From positions 382 to 64,381 of the forward strand of contig MFBU01000009.1 in NCBI GenBank assembly GCA_001775055.1: a DNA stretch of 64,000 nucleotides. Reading direction: 5' to 3'. Shown one piece after another: positions 55,453-64,000 of the stretch. Made by a program: the position numbers and the translations under genes. Position 1 is the first letter of the stretch, and each line of letters begins with the position of its first letter. The stretch is from Candidatus Curtissbacteria bacterium RIFCSPLOWO2_02_41_11. Its GTDB lineage: Bacteria > Patescibacteriota > Microgenomatia > Curtissbacterales > GWA2-41-24. Below the pieces are notes generated by a model. It did not search any database. It was not told the DNA's origin and was given only the letters and a program-made list of their open reading frames with translations.

Positions 55453-56297
55453 AGAATTCCGATTACCTCCTTAAATAAAGGTTTTGACCTCAGAAGTTCA
55501 TTTTTAGCAAGTTGGGCAAAGCTTGAAATGTCTTTAAGTTCGTCCCCAGACGCTGTTTGCTCTTTGGTTTTTTCAAGTAATTCTTTTGCTTTTGTCAGGT
55601 AATTTTGGGTTTTAGCCTTGATATTTGTGATTTCCGAGATCCAGTTGGCAAGGATCGATTGGTTTTGGTCTTTTTCAATTTTTGATGTGATAATTTTGTC
55701 CAAATCTCGGGCGAGTTTGTTGAAATCGGCAATTGCCGACTGTGCTTCAATTACCTCGAAAGTAGCCAAAATTTTATTGATTTTTAGATTAAATTCTTTG
55801 TCACGGTGGCTGCGAAGATCAGTTGCCAGATCGGGTAACTGCTCAAGAGTTTTGGCATCTTTAACTTTTTTTCGGTGATTGTCAAAAAAGGCAATTTCCT
55901 CATCAATAATTTGATTGATATGATCTTTTGAGATATCGCTATTTTGCCAACCGAGGCTGTTGCCGTTTTCATTAACTAAAAATAAATAGGCGTGATAAAG
56001 ATCGTCGATTTTTAAAAGGTAATCACTGGTTGCAAGATAGGCATTATTTTTGGCAGTTGCCGTCTGAAAAGTTAGATAACTTGAGCGAGCATTTATATAC
56101 TTATTTTGTGCTTCTCGATACTTAGTGAACTGGAAAGTATAGTCGTTTTGAGCTTTATCAAGCGCAGTCAAAGGCACAGGTGACTGCGCCAGTGAATAGT
56201 TAATAGTCAATAGTGAATAGATTGCGAGTAGTATAAAAAGTTTGATAAATGTATGGACTATTTTGTTTTTGAAATTAGAAATTTGAAGAGTGGGCAT
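55449..56297 (-). CDS. Exported coiled-coil protein with heptamer arrays in the signal region
   Basis: N-terminal hydrophobic segment; 5x AGTNAAT at 56191-56225. Confidence 0.7.
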   Translation of the reverse strand: MPTLQISNFKNKIVHTFIKLFILLAIYSLLTINYSLAQSPVPLTALDKAQNDYTFQFTKYREAQNKYINARSSYLTFQTATAKNNAYLATSDYLLKIDDLYHAYLFLVNENGNSLGWQNSDISKDHINQIIDEEIAFFDNHRKKVKDAKTLEQLPDLATDLRSHRDKEFNLKINKILATFEVIEAQSAIADFNKLARDLDKIITSKIEKDQNQSILANWISEITNIKAKTQNYLTKAKELLEKTKEQTASGDELKDISSFAQLAKNELLRSKPLFKEVIGIL

Positions 56298-56314
56298 TAC
56301 TCCAATTTTAGTGC

Positions 56315-57508
56315 TTATTCGTGGCGAAGAGCAACAATCGGTTCAAGCCGAGACGCTCGAATAGCTGGAGCAACTCCAAAGATAATACCAACTAGTGACG
56401 AGAAACCAAAGCCTAATAAAACTGCCCATAGGGGTACGGCAGTTTGGATAAATCTGGCAAGAGCAAGTGAGCCCAAGTATCCAATTAAAATGCCGATTGC
56501 GCCGCCCGAAATTGAAAGAATAACGGCTTCTGTTAAAAACTGTCCGAGGATGTCGCCCGATCTGGCACCGACAGCTTTCCTAAGGCCAATTTCGCGAGTC
56601 CTTTCAGTTACCGAGACTAACATAATATTGGAAATGCCGACCCCACCGACGATTAGAGAAATAGCAGCAATGCCACCGAGTGCAAAAGTTAAAACCCCTA
56701 AGATTTGCAAGATTGAAGATAGCAATTGTTCTTGGGTAAGAATGGAAAAATCATCCTCGGATAAGGTACGTTTGAGAATTTTTTCAACATGAGTTTTAGC
56801 TGTTGGAATAGTTTGAGCTGATGTGGTTCTCACTAAAATCGAGTTGACCTGATCGCTGCCTGTTAGGGCGCGCGCCGAATTTAAGGGGATAATGGCTTGG
56901 TTATCGACGTCGACTCCGCCAACGTTGCCTTGAGGTTCTAAAACACCAATGACAGTAAAGGATTTTTTGGAAAGCGAGATTGTTTGGCCTATCGGATCCT
57001 GTGCTGAATAGAGGTCGCTGGCTAATGTTTTACCAATGACTGCGACTTTTCTGGAGGTTTGATTATCCTTTTCGCTAAAAGGTCTGCCGCTTTCGGTTTT
57101 GATGTCAAAGATTGAAAAATAAGTGCTCCTGGTACCTGCCAACGTTGTCACTTTACTTTTATTTCGGTAAGTGGCTGTGATGTTTATTTCAATAAAAGGT
57201 GCAATGTCAATAATGGCTTCACTTTTTTCTTTTTCGAGTTTTTCGGCCAGCTTGAAGGTGATTTTGTTGACTGCTCGTGGAGGTCCTCCCTGGGGTCCAA
57301 ATTGGACCTTGCCCGGTAAAATAAAAATGGTGTTGGTGCCCAGTTTTTCAAATTGAGCCGAAATGTAGCTTTGGAGTCCCGAGCCAATCGATATCAAAAG
57401 AATAATTGCCGCCACACCAATAATTATTCCAAGAGAAGTCAAAAATGATCTGAGTTTATTTATTCTTAGTGCTTCTTGAGCGCTGTTAATTGTTTCAAGA
57501 ATTTCCAT
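56315..57508 (-). CDS. ABC transporter permease (MacB/FtsX family)
   Basis: NKLRSFLT.LGIIIGV, GGVGI.NIMLVSVTERTREIG.RKAVGA. Confidence 0.95.
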   Translation of the reverse strand: MEILETINSAQEALRINKLRSFLTSLGIIIGVAAIILLISIGSGLQSYISAQFEKLGTNTIFILPGKVQFGPQGGPPRAVNKITFKLAEKLEKEKSEAIIDIAPFIEINITATYRNKSKVTTLAGTRSTYFSIFDIKTESGRPFSEKDNQTSRKVAVIGKTLASDLYSAQDPIGQTISLSKKSFTVIGVLEPQGNVGGVDVDNQAIIPLNSARALTGSDQVNSILVRTTSAQTIPTAKTHVEKILKRTLSEDDFSILTQEQLLSSILQILGVLTFALGGIAAISLIVGGVGISNIMLVSVTERTREIGLRKAVGARSGDILGQFLTEAVILSISGGAIGILIGYLGSLALARFIQTAVPLWAVLLGFGFSSLVGIIFGVAPAIRASRLEPIVALRHE

Positions 57509-57519
57509 ATTTGACCTCT

Positions 57520-58224
57520 TTATGCTCTGATTCTTGTCGATCTGTTCTTTTTATCACTTACGATTTGGCCATCGCGAATGGTGATAATTCGCGAGGCATT
57601 TTTGGCAATATCAGCTTCGTGAGTAATCATGATGATGGTTCGGCCCTCTCGATTGAATTTTTTAAAAATTGCCATGATTTCAGCTGATGATTTAGTGTCT
57701 AGGTTGCCGGTCGGTTCATCGGCAAAGATGACCAGAGGATTGTTAATCAGGGCTCGGGCAATGGCCACTCTTTGTTGTTGACCGCCGGAAAGTTGGGCGG
57801 GGGTAGACTCAAGTTTATCAGAAAGACCCACTTCTTTGAGGGCTTGGATTGTTCTCTTTAGTCTTTCCTGTTTTCCGACTCCAGCATAAACAAGCGGTAG
57901 TTGAACATTTTTAATAGATGTTGTTCTGGGCAAGAGATTGAAGAATTGGAAGACAAAACCGATCTTTTGGCTTCTAATTTTGGCAAATTCGTTATCTGAT
58001 AGTTTTGAGGCGAGTTTGCCGTCAAACAAATACTCACCCGAGGTTGGTTTATCAAGGCAGCCTAAAATATGCATCAGCGTTGATTTACCTGATCCTGAAG
58101 GACCGATAATAGCCACAAACTCCCCCTTTTTGACCTCAAGTGAAACTTTATTTAAGGCAACTGTTTCATTGGGGGATTCCCCATATATTTTTATTAAATT
58201 TTTGGCAGAAATTATGCCACTCAT
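57520..58224 (-). CDS. ABC transporter ATP-binding protein (MacB/LolD-like)
   Basis: GPSGSGKST, LSGGQQQRVAIARAL and ADEPTGNLD motifs. Confidence 0.96.
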   Translation of the reverse strand: MSGIISAKNLIKIYGESPNETVALNKVSLEVKKGEFVAIIGPSGSGKSTLMHILGCLDKPTSGEYLFDGKLASKLSDNEFAKIRSQKIGFVFQFFNLLPRTTSIKNVQLPLVYAGVGKQERLKRTIQALKEVGLSDKLESTPAQLSGGQQQRVAIARALINNPLVIFADEPTGNLDTKSSAEIMAIFKKFNREGRTIIMITHEADIAKNASRIITIRDGQIVSDKKNRSTRIRA

Positions 58225-59327
58225 TTAAAGAAGCTTAGAATTTTTTGGACTAAGTTTTTCTTGTCAATTTGATCAAAACCGGAAATGGCAAGTTGATCAC
58301 CTTTATTAAGTCCTGAAGTGATTTGAACTTCCAGTTCCGACTCAAGGCCTTTCTGGATCTCTCTTTTTTGAAAAGTATCATTGGTTTTAAGCCAAACGTA
58401 TTTATCATTGACTAGGGCGTCAAGGGGGATCGTCAGGGATTGTGGGACCTCTTGGATAATAATTTCGGCTTCGCCGTTCATGCCCAGACGTAAGTTTTCA
58501 GGCGGATCAAGGTTGATTTTAACTTCAAAGGCAGTTGCACCGGTTGAAGTGGTGATAGTTTTGGGACCGATAAAGTCGACTTGGGTTTCAATTGGCTGAT
58601 TGTCAAAAGCATCCAAAGTAATATAGGCTTTTTGGCCGACTTTGACTTGGCCGATTTCAGACTCGTCAACTTCGGCTACGAATTGCAGTTTACCAAAATC
58701 GGCAACTGTCGCAATGGTGTCGGTTGGGAAAACAAAATTACCGGCAAAAAACTCTCCCTTGTTGATAATGTATCCATTGATCGGCGAAGTTAGTCTTGAA
58801 AACTGAATTGCCAAATCTCGTATTTCAACATCAATAACAGAGTTATCCAAATCAGCCTGAGACCTTTGAGCAATTCTTTTTAAAGTGTCAGTGATGACTT
58901 TATCTTTTTGCGAATCTTTAACATCCTCAAAATCAAGGCGAGTTTTAAAATAAGTATTCAGATCTCTCCTTAATCTTTTTTCAAGCTCTTGGGAATCTAG
59001 TGAAGCGATTGTTTGACCCCTTCTGACATAATTCCCTTCTTTAGCGCTAATCCAGGCTAGTTTGCCGGAAGTTAAAAAACGCAAAGTACTTTCATTTTCG
59101 GAAGCTATTTTACCCGAGGCCGTTACCTGAGTTTCCAAAGTTTTTTCGGTAACTTGGGTAGTTTTGATTTTGCTGGTCTCTGCCCCACCGCGGGTGGCAA
59201 AAAAGATGATAAGAACAACGGCAACGACTGCCACGATTGTCCTTCGTGATTTGGCAAATTTGGTTAGCTTTTTAAAGATGTTATTGTTCGAGCCTCGTCG
59301 AGAACTTTTTATGCTTGGAATTTTCAT
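58221..59327 (-). CDS. Membrane-fusion/periplasmic adaptor (MacA/HlyD-like)
   Basis: TM helix, V.ASG, lipoyl halves (EG.YV.RGQ / SPING), VDE.EI..VK.GQ and LRLGM motifs. Confidence 0.9.
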   Translation of the reverse strand: MKIPSIKSSRRGSNNNIFKKLTKFAKSRRTIVAVVAVVLIIFFATRGGAETSKIKTTQVTEKTLETQVTASGKIASENESTLRFLTSGKLAWISAKEGNYVRRGQTIASLDSQELEKRLRRDLNTYFKTRLDFEDVKDSQKDKVITDTLKRIAQRSQADLDNSVIDVEIRDLAIQFSRLTSPINGYIINKGEFFAGNFVFPTDTIATVADFGKLQFVAEVDESEIGQVKVGQKAYITLDAFDNQPIETQVDFIGPKTITTSTGATAFEVKINLDPPENLRLGMNGEAEIIIQEVPQSLTIPLDALVNDKYVWLKTNDTFQKREIQKGLESELEVQITSGLNKGDQLAISGFDQIDKKNLVQKILSFFK

Positions 59328-59390
59328 AGGCCGATATTATAGCCTAAATTATAGGTTATATCAAGTGCTGGATTTGTGGATGTGATAAAT

Positions 59391-60182
59391 TTAAACTACA
59401 AGCTCTAAGGTGTCAAAGGCGATGTGGAAGGATGGGCCGGCGTTTTGGCGCAAGTACTCTTCTAAAAATTTATGCGTGCCGGTTTTGTGGCCGATGTGCA
59501 CAAAATAAACGTTTTTGGCGCGTAAATTTTTGGCGATTTGGATGCCATCATTAATTGAAATGTGACCTTTTGTCTGTCCTATTTTGGAAAGTGATGATCC
59601 GTCAATTATTAAAACATGACAGTCACGGATAATTTTTTGGGAGGAGGGCAAAATTTTGTTGAAATCCGGAATGTACGCAAGGATAGGTCCATCCTTGACT
59701 TTAATTCCAAAAGCCGGAGTTTTGCCATGGATTACCGGGAAATACTCAACTTTTGCATGGTTGATCTCAAACGGCTGATTGGGTTTGACTACATGTGTTT
59801 TAAGGTTTTGTCCATGGATGCCAATAAATTTGCGGACATCATTTAAGACAGATTGGACAATATAGACAGGTATTGGTTTGTAAGCGTTGTAAATATGAGT
59901 TAGATCCCAGAAGCCTTCTATATGATCAAGGTGGGCATGAGAGACGAGAATTGCTTCTATTTTTGTCGGATCAACGCTCCTGTCATTCTGAGCCTTTGGC
60001 GAAGAATCTCCTGTAAGATGATGATAAGTGTCTGGACCGGCGTCAAGAAGAATTGATTCATTTATCAAAATTTGGGTTCTGGTTCGCCTGTCTTTGGGAT
60101 CGGTCGATTTGCAGATTTCGCAATTGCAGCCAAGTCGTGGCAGCGGCCATCCGGCAGAGGTTCCCAAAAACTTAATTTTCAT
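59391..60182 (-). CDS. Metallo-beta-lactamase-fold hydrolase (PhnP-like)
   Basis: FLGTS...P...C.C..C, LDAGPD and SHAHLDH motifs. Confidence 0.9.
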   Translation of the reverse strand: MKIKFLGTSAGWPLPRLGCNCEICKSTDPKDRRTRTQILINESILLDAGPDTYHHLTGDSSPKAQNDRSVDPTKIEAILVSHAHLDHIEGFWDLTHIYNAYKPIPVYIVQSVLNDVRKFIGIHGQNLKTHVVKPNQPFEINHAKVEYFPVIHGKTPAFGIKVKDGPILAYIPDFNKILPSSQKIIRDCHVLIIDGSSLSKIGQTKGHISINDGIQIAKNLRAKNVYFVHIGHKTGTHKFLEEYLRQNAGPSFHIAFDTLELVV

Positions 60183-60212
60183 TGTGTCTGGTTCTTGTGG
60201 GTGGTTTGAGAT

Positions 60213-60449
60213 TTAAAAAATACTTCTAATTTGTTTTCTCAGCTCCGTAATAAGCTTATGTGTTTGATGCCAATGTTTTAAAGCCTGATCCTTTCTTTCA
60301 TTTGTACCGGGTTGAACTTGTGTTTTCCATCCTTCGACTTCACTAATGTTTTGGTCAATTTGATCCAGTGTTCCGTCAAAAGTGTCCTCGATTCGCACTA
60401 GGATTTCTTGAGAAGTTGGTGATTGATCAGTTTTATGCTCAGGACTCAT
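60213..60449 (-). CDS. Small hypothetical protein
   Basis: Probable start ATG 60449 (MSPEHK), downstream of tRNA-Leu. Confidence 0.5.
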   Translation of the reverse strand: MSPEHKTDQSPTSQEILVRIEDTFDGTLDQIDQNISEVEGWKTQVQPGTNERKDQALKHWHQTHKLITELRKQIRSIF

Positions 60450-60470
60450 AAGTTTGATTTTGATAAAAAG

Positions 60471-60552
60471 TGCCGAGGACAGGAGTCGAACCTGCACACC
60501 TTGCGGTACACGGTCCTAAACCGTGCGCGTCTGCCAGTTCCGCCACCTCGGC
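60471..60552 (-). tRNA. tRNA-Leu(TAG)
   Basis: GCCGAGG/CCTCGGC acceptor stem, anticodon loop TTTAGGA, long variable arm. Confidence 0.96.
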
Positions 60553-60580
60553 GTAAGAAGAATTCTACCAAATTTTGGAC

Positions 60581-61390
60581 TTATGGGCGAGTTCTGTCGA
60601 TTGCTGCTTGATGGGCTTGCCATTCGATTGAATCATCAAGTGGCTCAAGTTTTACCTTGCCGTAACGTCGCTCTAAAGCCTTTGAGATTAAGAAGTCTGC
60701 AAAATGGGGATTTTTGGGCAGAAGTGAACCATGTAAATAACAGCCGAAGGCATTTTTATAGATTGCTCCTTCTGTTTGGTCTTCCCCATTATTGCCTGTA
60801 CCGATAATTACTTTGCCAAGCGGCTGGACTGCTTGGTCTAGATAAGTTTTGCCGCTATGATTTTCAAATCCTATTAAGTTAGTTGTCAATTGTCCGTTGT
60901 CAATTGTTGGATAGATTTCCTTAATTTCCTTTACTAAATTTTCTTCCAAGTCTATCCACAGGTTTTGGATCATGCGATCATGTGAGCCGATGGTATAAGC
61001 ATTAAATAGACCAATGCCTTTGATGATTTTCCCATCAAGAGTTTTAAAGTACTTTTGAAGTAGTTGATAGCCGCCACAAATTGATAAAAGGACACAACCA
61101 TTCTCAATAGCTTTTTTAAGATAATTAGCCTTAGATTGCAGATCACGGCCGACAATTATTTGCTGTCTGTCTTGACCTCCGCCGAAGAAATAAAAGTCCC
61201 AGCCGAGGGCTGGTCCGCCTTTGGCGGAAAAATCAGATAGCGAATCCCCTACACTGATATTGGTAATTTTTACATTTATCCCCCGCCATTGGCATCTCTT
61301 AACAAGATCGATGATATTACCTTTGTCTCCATAAGTGTCCATTAAATCAGGGTACAAATGACAGATATTTAGGCTTATTGGTTTTGCCAT
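60581..61390 (-). CDS. gatD: Lipid II isoglutaminyl synthase glutaminase subunit (CobQ-like)
   Basis: LYPD.M.TYGD.GN, GGGQD, ICGGYQLL, GFENHSG and YLHGSLLPKN motifs. Confidence 0.93.
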   Translation of the reverse strand: MAKPISLNICHLYPDLMDTYGDKGNIIDLVKRCQWRGINVKITNISVGDSLSDFSAKGGPALGWDFYFFGGGQDRQQIIVGRDLQSKANYLKKAIENGCVLLSICGGYQLLQKYFKTLDGKIIKGIGLFNAYTIGSHDRMIQNLWIDLEENLVKEIKEIYPTIDNGQLTTNLIGFENHSGKTYLDQAVQPLGKVIIGTGNNGEDQTEGAIYKNAFGCYLHGSLLPKNPHFADFLISKALERRYGKVKLEPLDDSIEWQAHQAAIDRTRP

Positions 61391-62787
61391 TGAGTTTTGC
61401 CCCCCATTTTATTTAAGGATTTTTGGACTTCAAGCATGGCGGTATAGGTTGGCAAAACTAATAGAGTATCTTTCTTATTCATATTTTTAAGGGCTTGCTT
61501 TATTGAGTAATATATTTTCCTGTATATATTATTTTTACTCAATTTATAACCTGCGTACTTTAGTCTTGTAGCTAAGTCCCAAGCGCGCGTGCCGGCAATC
61601 TGAACCTTTTTAGTTTTTGAAGTTAATAACTCCCAATCGGTATCCCAAATCCAGGAAACGTCACGACCATCGGCAATATTGTCGTTTAAGATCAGCAGAA
61701 GATTTAATTTGTCTTTTTGCCCAAGAATTCTAATTACCTCGTTAGCGCCAGCCGGGTTTTTAATTAGAAAAATTATGATATTTTTGTTGTTGATTTTAAT
61801 CTTTTGAAATCTGCCAAAGGCAGATGTGTATTTTTCTATAGCATCTTTTGATATTTTGTGATCTATTTTGAAAATATTGGCAATGCAAAGTGCAGCCAGA
61901 ACGTTGTATACATTGTAAAGACCGGGCAAATTATAGTGAATACGAGAGCGTATTTTCGAGGAATCGAAAAGAGTAAATGGTGAATAGTCAATAGTGAGAT
62001 TAGCAGTAGTTGAGAAGTTGGGATTGAATATTAGATTTGAGGCTGTGATATTTGGATTTGGACGCTTGAAAGTGCAATTTGGGCAGGTGTAATGCCCCAT
62101 ATGGGCAGAAAGCAAAGCCGTATATTTCAGGCTTGATTGACAATTCAGACAATGTTTGATATCGGCGACGTTGGCAATTTTGGGTAGATCTATTTGCTTG
62201 TCATAGATCCCAAAATAGATAACTTTACCTCTAAAAGATTTTGTCAAAAAGCTAATGCCTGGATCGTCGGCATTGAGAATAAGAGTAGAGCTTTTCGGTA
62301 GTCTCGAGAGGCTCTTTTGCCATTTGGTTCTAATACTGTCAACTTCCCCGTATCTATCCAGTTGATCACGAAAGAGATTAAGAAGAACAATAATTTTAGG
62401 CGCTGTATTTTCAATTGCTTCAGGAAGAGTTGCTTCATCAACTTCCCAAATCGCCAGATTACTCTTAAGTTTACCTATAAGGCTGGACTTAGAAGTAAGT
62501 GTTGAGGCAATTCCTCTCAGCAGATTTGATCCTGCCCGATTATGGATAATGTTGTATTTTTTAGAAAGTATCGTCGAAATAAGTCTGGCAGTGGTCGTTT
62601 TACCGTTGGTACCCGAAATAATTATGGAACCTGATTGAATTTGTTTTGAGAGTTTTTTAACCAGTTGCGGGTCAACTTTAAGGGCAAAAAGACCAGGAGC
62701 TGTAGTTGCACCGGTTTTGCCAAATATTCTGATAATAAGGGCAATGAGCTTTCCAGCGAAAATAGCCAGTAATAATTTTAAGTCCAT
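61375..62787 (-). CDS. murT: Lipid II isoglutaminyl synthase Mur-ligase subunit (DUF1727)
   Basis: SGTNGKTTT, NLFRDQLDRYGE, Zn-finger CxxC...CxxC, KNPAG, DGRDVSWIWD and TYTAML motifs. Confidence 0.93.
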   Translation of the reverse strand: MDLKLLLAIFAGKLIALIIRIFGKTGATTAPGLFALKVDPQLVKKLSKQIQSGSIIISGTNGKTTTARLISTILSKKYNIIHNRAGSNLLRGIASTLTSKSSLIGKLKSNLAIWEVDEATLPEAIENTAPKIIVLLNLFRDQLDRYGEVDSIRTKWQKSLSRLPKSSTLILNADDPGISFLTKSFRGKVIYFGIYDKQIDLPKIANVADIKHCLNCQSSLKYTALLSAHMGHYTCPNCTFKRPNPNITASNLIFNPNFSTTANLTIDYSPFTLFDSSKIRSRIHYNLPGLYNVYNVLAALCIANIFKIDHKISKDAIEKYTSAFGRFQKIKINNKNIIIFLIKNPAGANEVIRILGQKDKLNLLLILNDNIADGRDVSWIWDTDWELLTSKTKKVQIAGTRAWDLATRLKYAGYKLSKNNIYRKIYYSIKQALKNMNKKDTLLVLPTYTAMLEVQKSLNKMGGKTQWQNQ

Positions 62788-62849
62788 TAGCTAGCTGATT
62801 CTACTCTTTTGGCAAGGTTTGCAGCAAGATTTATTGGGGATAGGAAAAA

Positions 62850-63416
62850 TTAAAGTTGTTCTAACTTCGAAAATAAGAAATTAATGTCTTGTGCCCACTT
62901 GCCTCCATTTTCAATCTGAGGCGGGGCGTAGACGGGCATGATTTCCTCGGGCGTTGTTAAGCCTTTAGCTATGTATTTTTCTTTAAGGGTTTTGGCGACT
63001 GTTTCGATGGCGCTTTCCCAGGAGTCAAACACAGTACGGCCGTTTTCAAAACCCCAGGCATTGTGGGTTACTTCTTTGATGGCATTGCCTCCTCCGGACT
63101 CTCTCATGGCTATTGCCGGAATTAGACGATAATCGATTCCGTATTTGTCGGAAGTTTCGACCATTAACTGGGCATAAGGTTCAAGCTTGGTGTTTTTAAG
63201 GAAATTGGCAACATAATATGGGCGCAGATCATGAATTTGAGTGCCTAAAACTTGTCCGTCAATATGGTTTTGAGAATTTAGTTCAATACCTATTTGTGAG
63301 GCGTCTGCATTTAATTTACCTGTGATGCTATTTTTTTGGAGTATTAAAAATCCCGATAGCAAAAGAACCAAGGGAGTAACAAGAAGCCAAAATAAAATTA
63401 GCCCGAGTTTAAACAT
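62850..63416 (-). CDS. Membrane-anchored lysozyme-like/glucosaminidase-family protein
   Basis: YGIDYRLIPAIA..ES.GG, NAWG, F.SW...I and Y.P motifs. Confidence 0.75.
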   Translation of the reverse strand: MFKLGLILFWLLVTPLVLLLSGFLILQKNSITGKLNADASQIGIELNSQNHIDGQVLGTQIHDLRPYYVANFLKNTKLEPYAQLMVETSDKYGIDYRLIPAIAMRESGGGNAIKEVTHNAWGFENGRTVFDSWESAIETVAKTLKEKYIAKGLTTPEEIMPVYAPPQIENGGKWAQDINFLFSKLEQL

Positions 63417-63491
63417 GAGGCCTTACTCTTTTAATATCGCATGTGGAAACGTAAGTGTCAATTGGTATGGACGGTAGTTATGAAGTTGATT

Positions 63492-64000
63492 TTATGCTAA
63501 AATTAGCCTCAGGCGCCGAAGTGGCGGAACCGGTAGACGCGCAGCGTTCAGAGCGCTGTGAGCATTAGCTCGTGGAGGTTCAAATCCTCTCTTCGGCACA
63601 GCGCGGACGTGGCGGAATTTGGTATACGCGTACGCTTGAGGTGCGTATCCCGCAAGGGTTGGAGGTTCGAGTCCTCTCGTCCGCACAACTGTTGACTTCT
63701 TTGCCGCAATGTCGGTGATTAGATTGAATGGAAGGGCTAATCGTTGGTTTGAAAACTCCCTGCCATCAAAACTAACTCCGTCCGGGAAAATTAGCCTCTG
63801 ATATTTTAGACGGGCATCAGAAAGACTGTCGTACCAGACTAAATCAGCGGTTCTAATAAAAGCATAAGCATAACTAAGAAGTGAATCTATACTCACTTCT
63901 TCTGCGTGCATATCCGTTAAAGAGAACTTAGACAGAGTTATTTTTTGTTCAAGATCTTTTAACTGCTTTTCGAGTAGATCGTCCGGAATAACTCCTTTTT
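63492..64000 (-). CDS. 3' end of a probable large serine recombinase reading antisense into the tRNAs (partial)
   Basis: Frame open to the window edge (KGVIPDDLLEKQL... coiled coil; YQRLIFPDGVSFDG); it enters tRNA-Leu at VRTRGLEP. The catalytic domain is not visible. Confidence 0.55.
   Translation of the reverse strand, partial: KGVIPDDLLEKQLKDLEQKITLSKFSLTDMHAEEVSIDSLLSYAYAFIRTADLVWYDSLSDARLKYQRLIFPDGVSFDGREFSNQRLALPFNLITDIAAKKSTVVRTRGLEPPTLAGYAPQAYAYTKFRHVRAVPKRGFEPPRANAHSALNAARLPVPPLRRLRLILA
63515..63598 (+). tRNA. tRNA-Leu(CAG)
   Basis: GCCGAAG/CTTCGGC acceptor stem, anticodon loop TTCAGAG. Confidence 0.96.
63603..63685 (+). tRNA. tRNA-Leu(GAG)
   Basis: GCGGACG/CGTCCGC acceptor stem, anticodon loop TTGAGGT. 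Confidence 0.96.

Overview
This is an AT-rich, densely coded chromosomal segment that looks like Patescibacteria/CPR (Microgenomates-like). That taxonomy is inferred from gene content and was not tested. Housekeeping genes include gyrBA, carAB, pyrH, ruvC, recG, xerC/D, holB, rnc, nusB, trmD, rpsP, rpmF, rpmI, rplT, infC, thrS, pheST, tyrS, murT/gatD and a class A PBP. The window also holds a three-gene ATP-citrate-lyase/citryl-CoA cluster, a complete monoderm-type type IV pilus locus, a MacAB-like ABC exporter, four tRNAs, a RAYT-type HUH transposase between two related hairpins, and the 3' end of a probable serine recombinase reading antisense into tRNA-Leu. The most unusual signal is non-genic. 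More than 20 short degenerate tandem arrays occur, mostly five 7-nt units (~35 nt), plus a family with four 9-nt units. Unit sequences differ, arrays are often paired as inverted arms, and they sit at gene junctions or in frame inside essential proteins. Three such arrays bracket a four-helix-bundle (23S-IVP/Avd-like) gene inserted in the pilus operon, which may point to an undescribed repeat-plus-protein system. All calls were made by eye from the sequence and the supplied ORF track; no searches were run.
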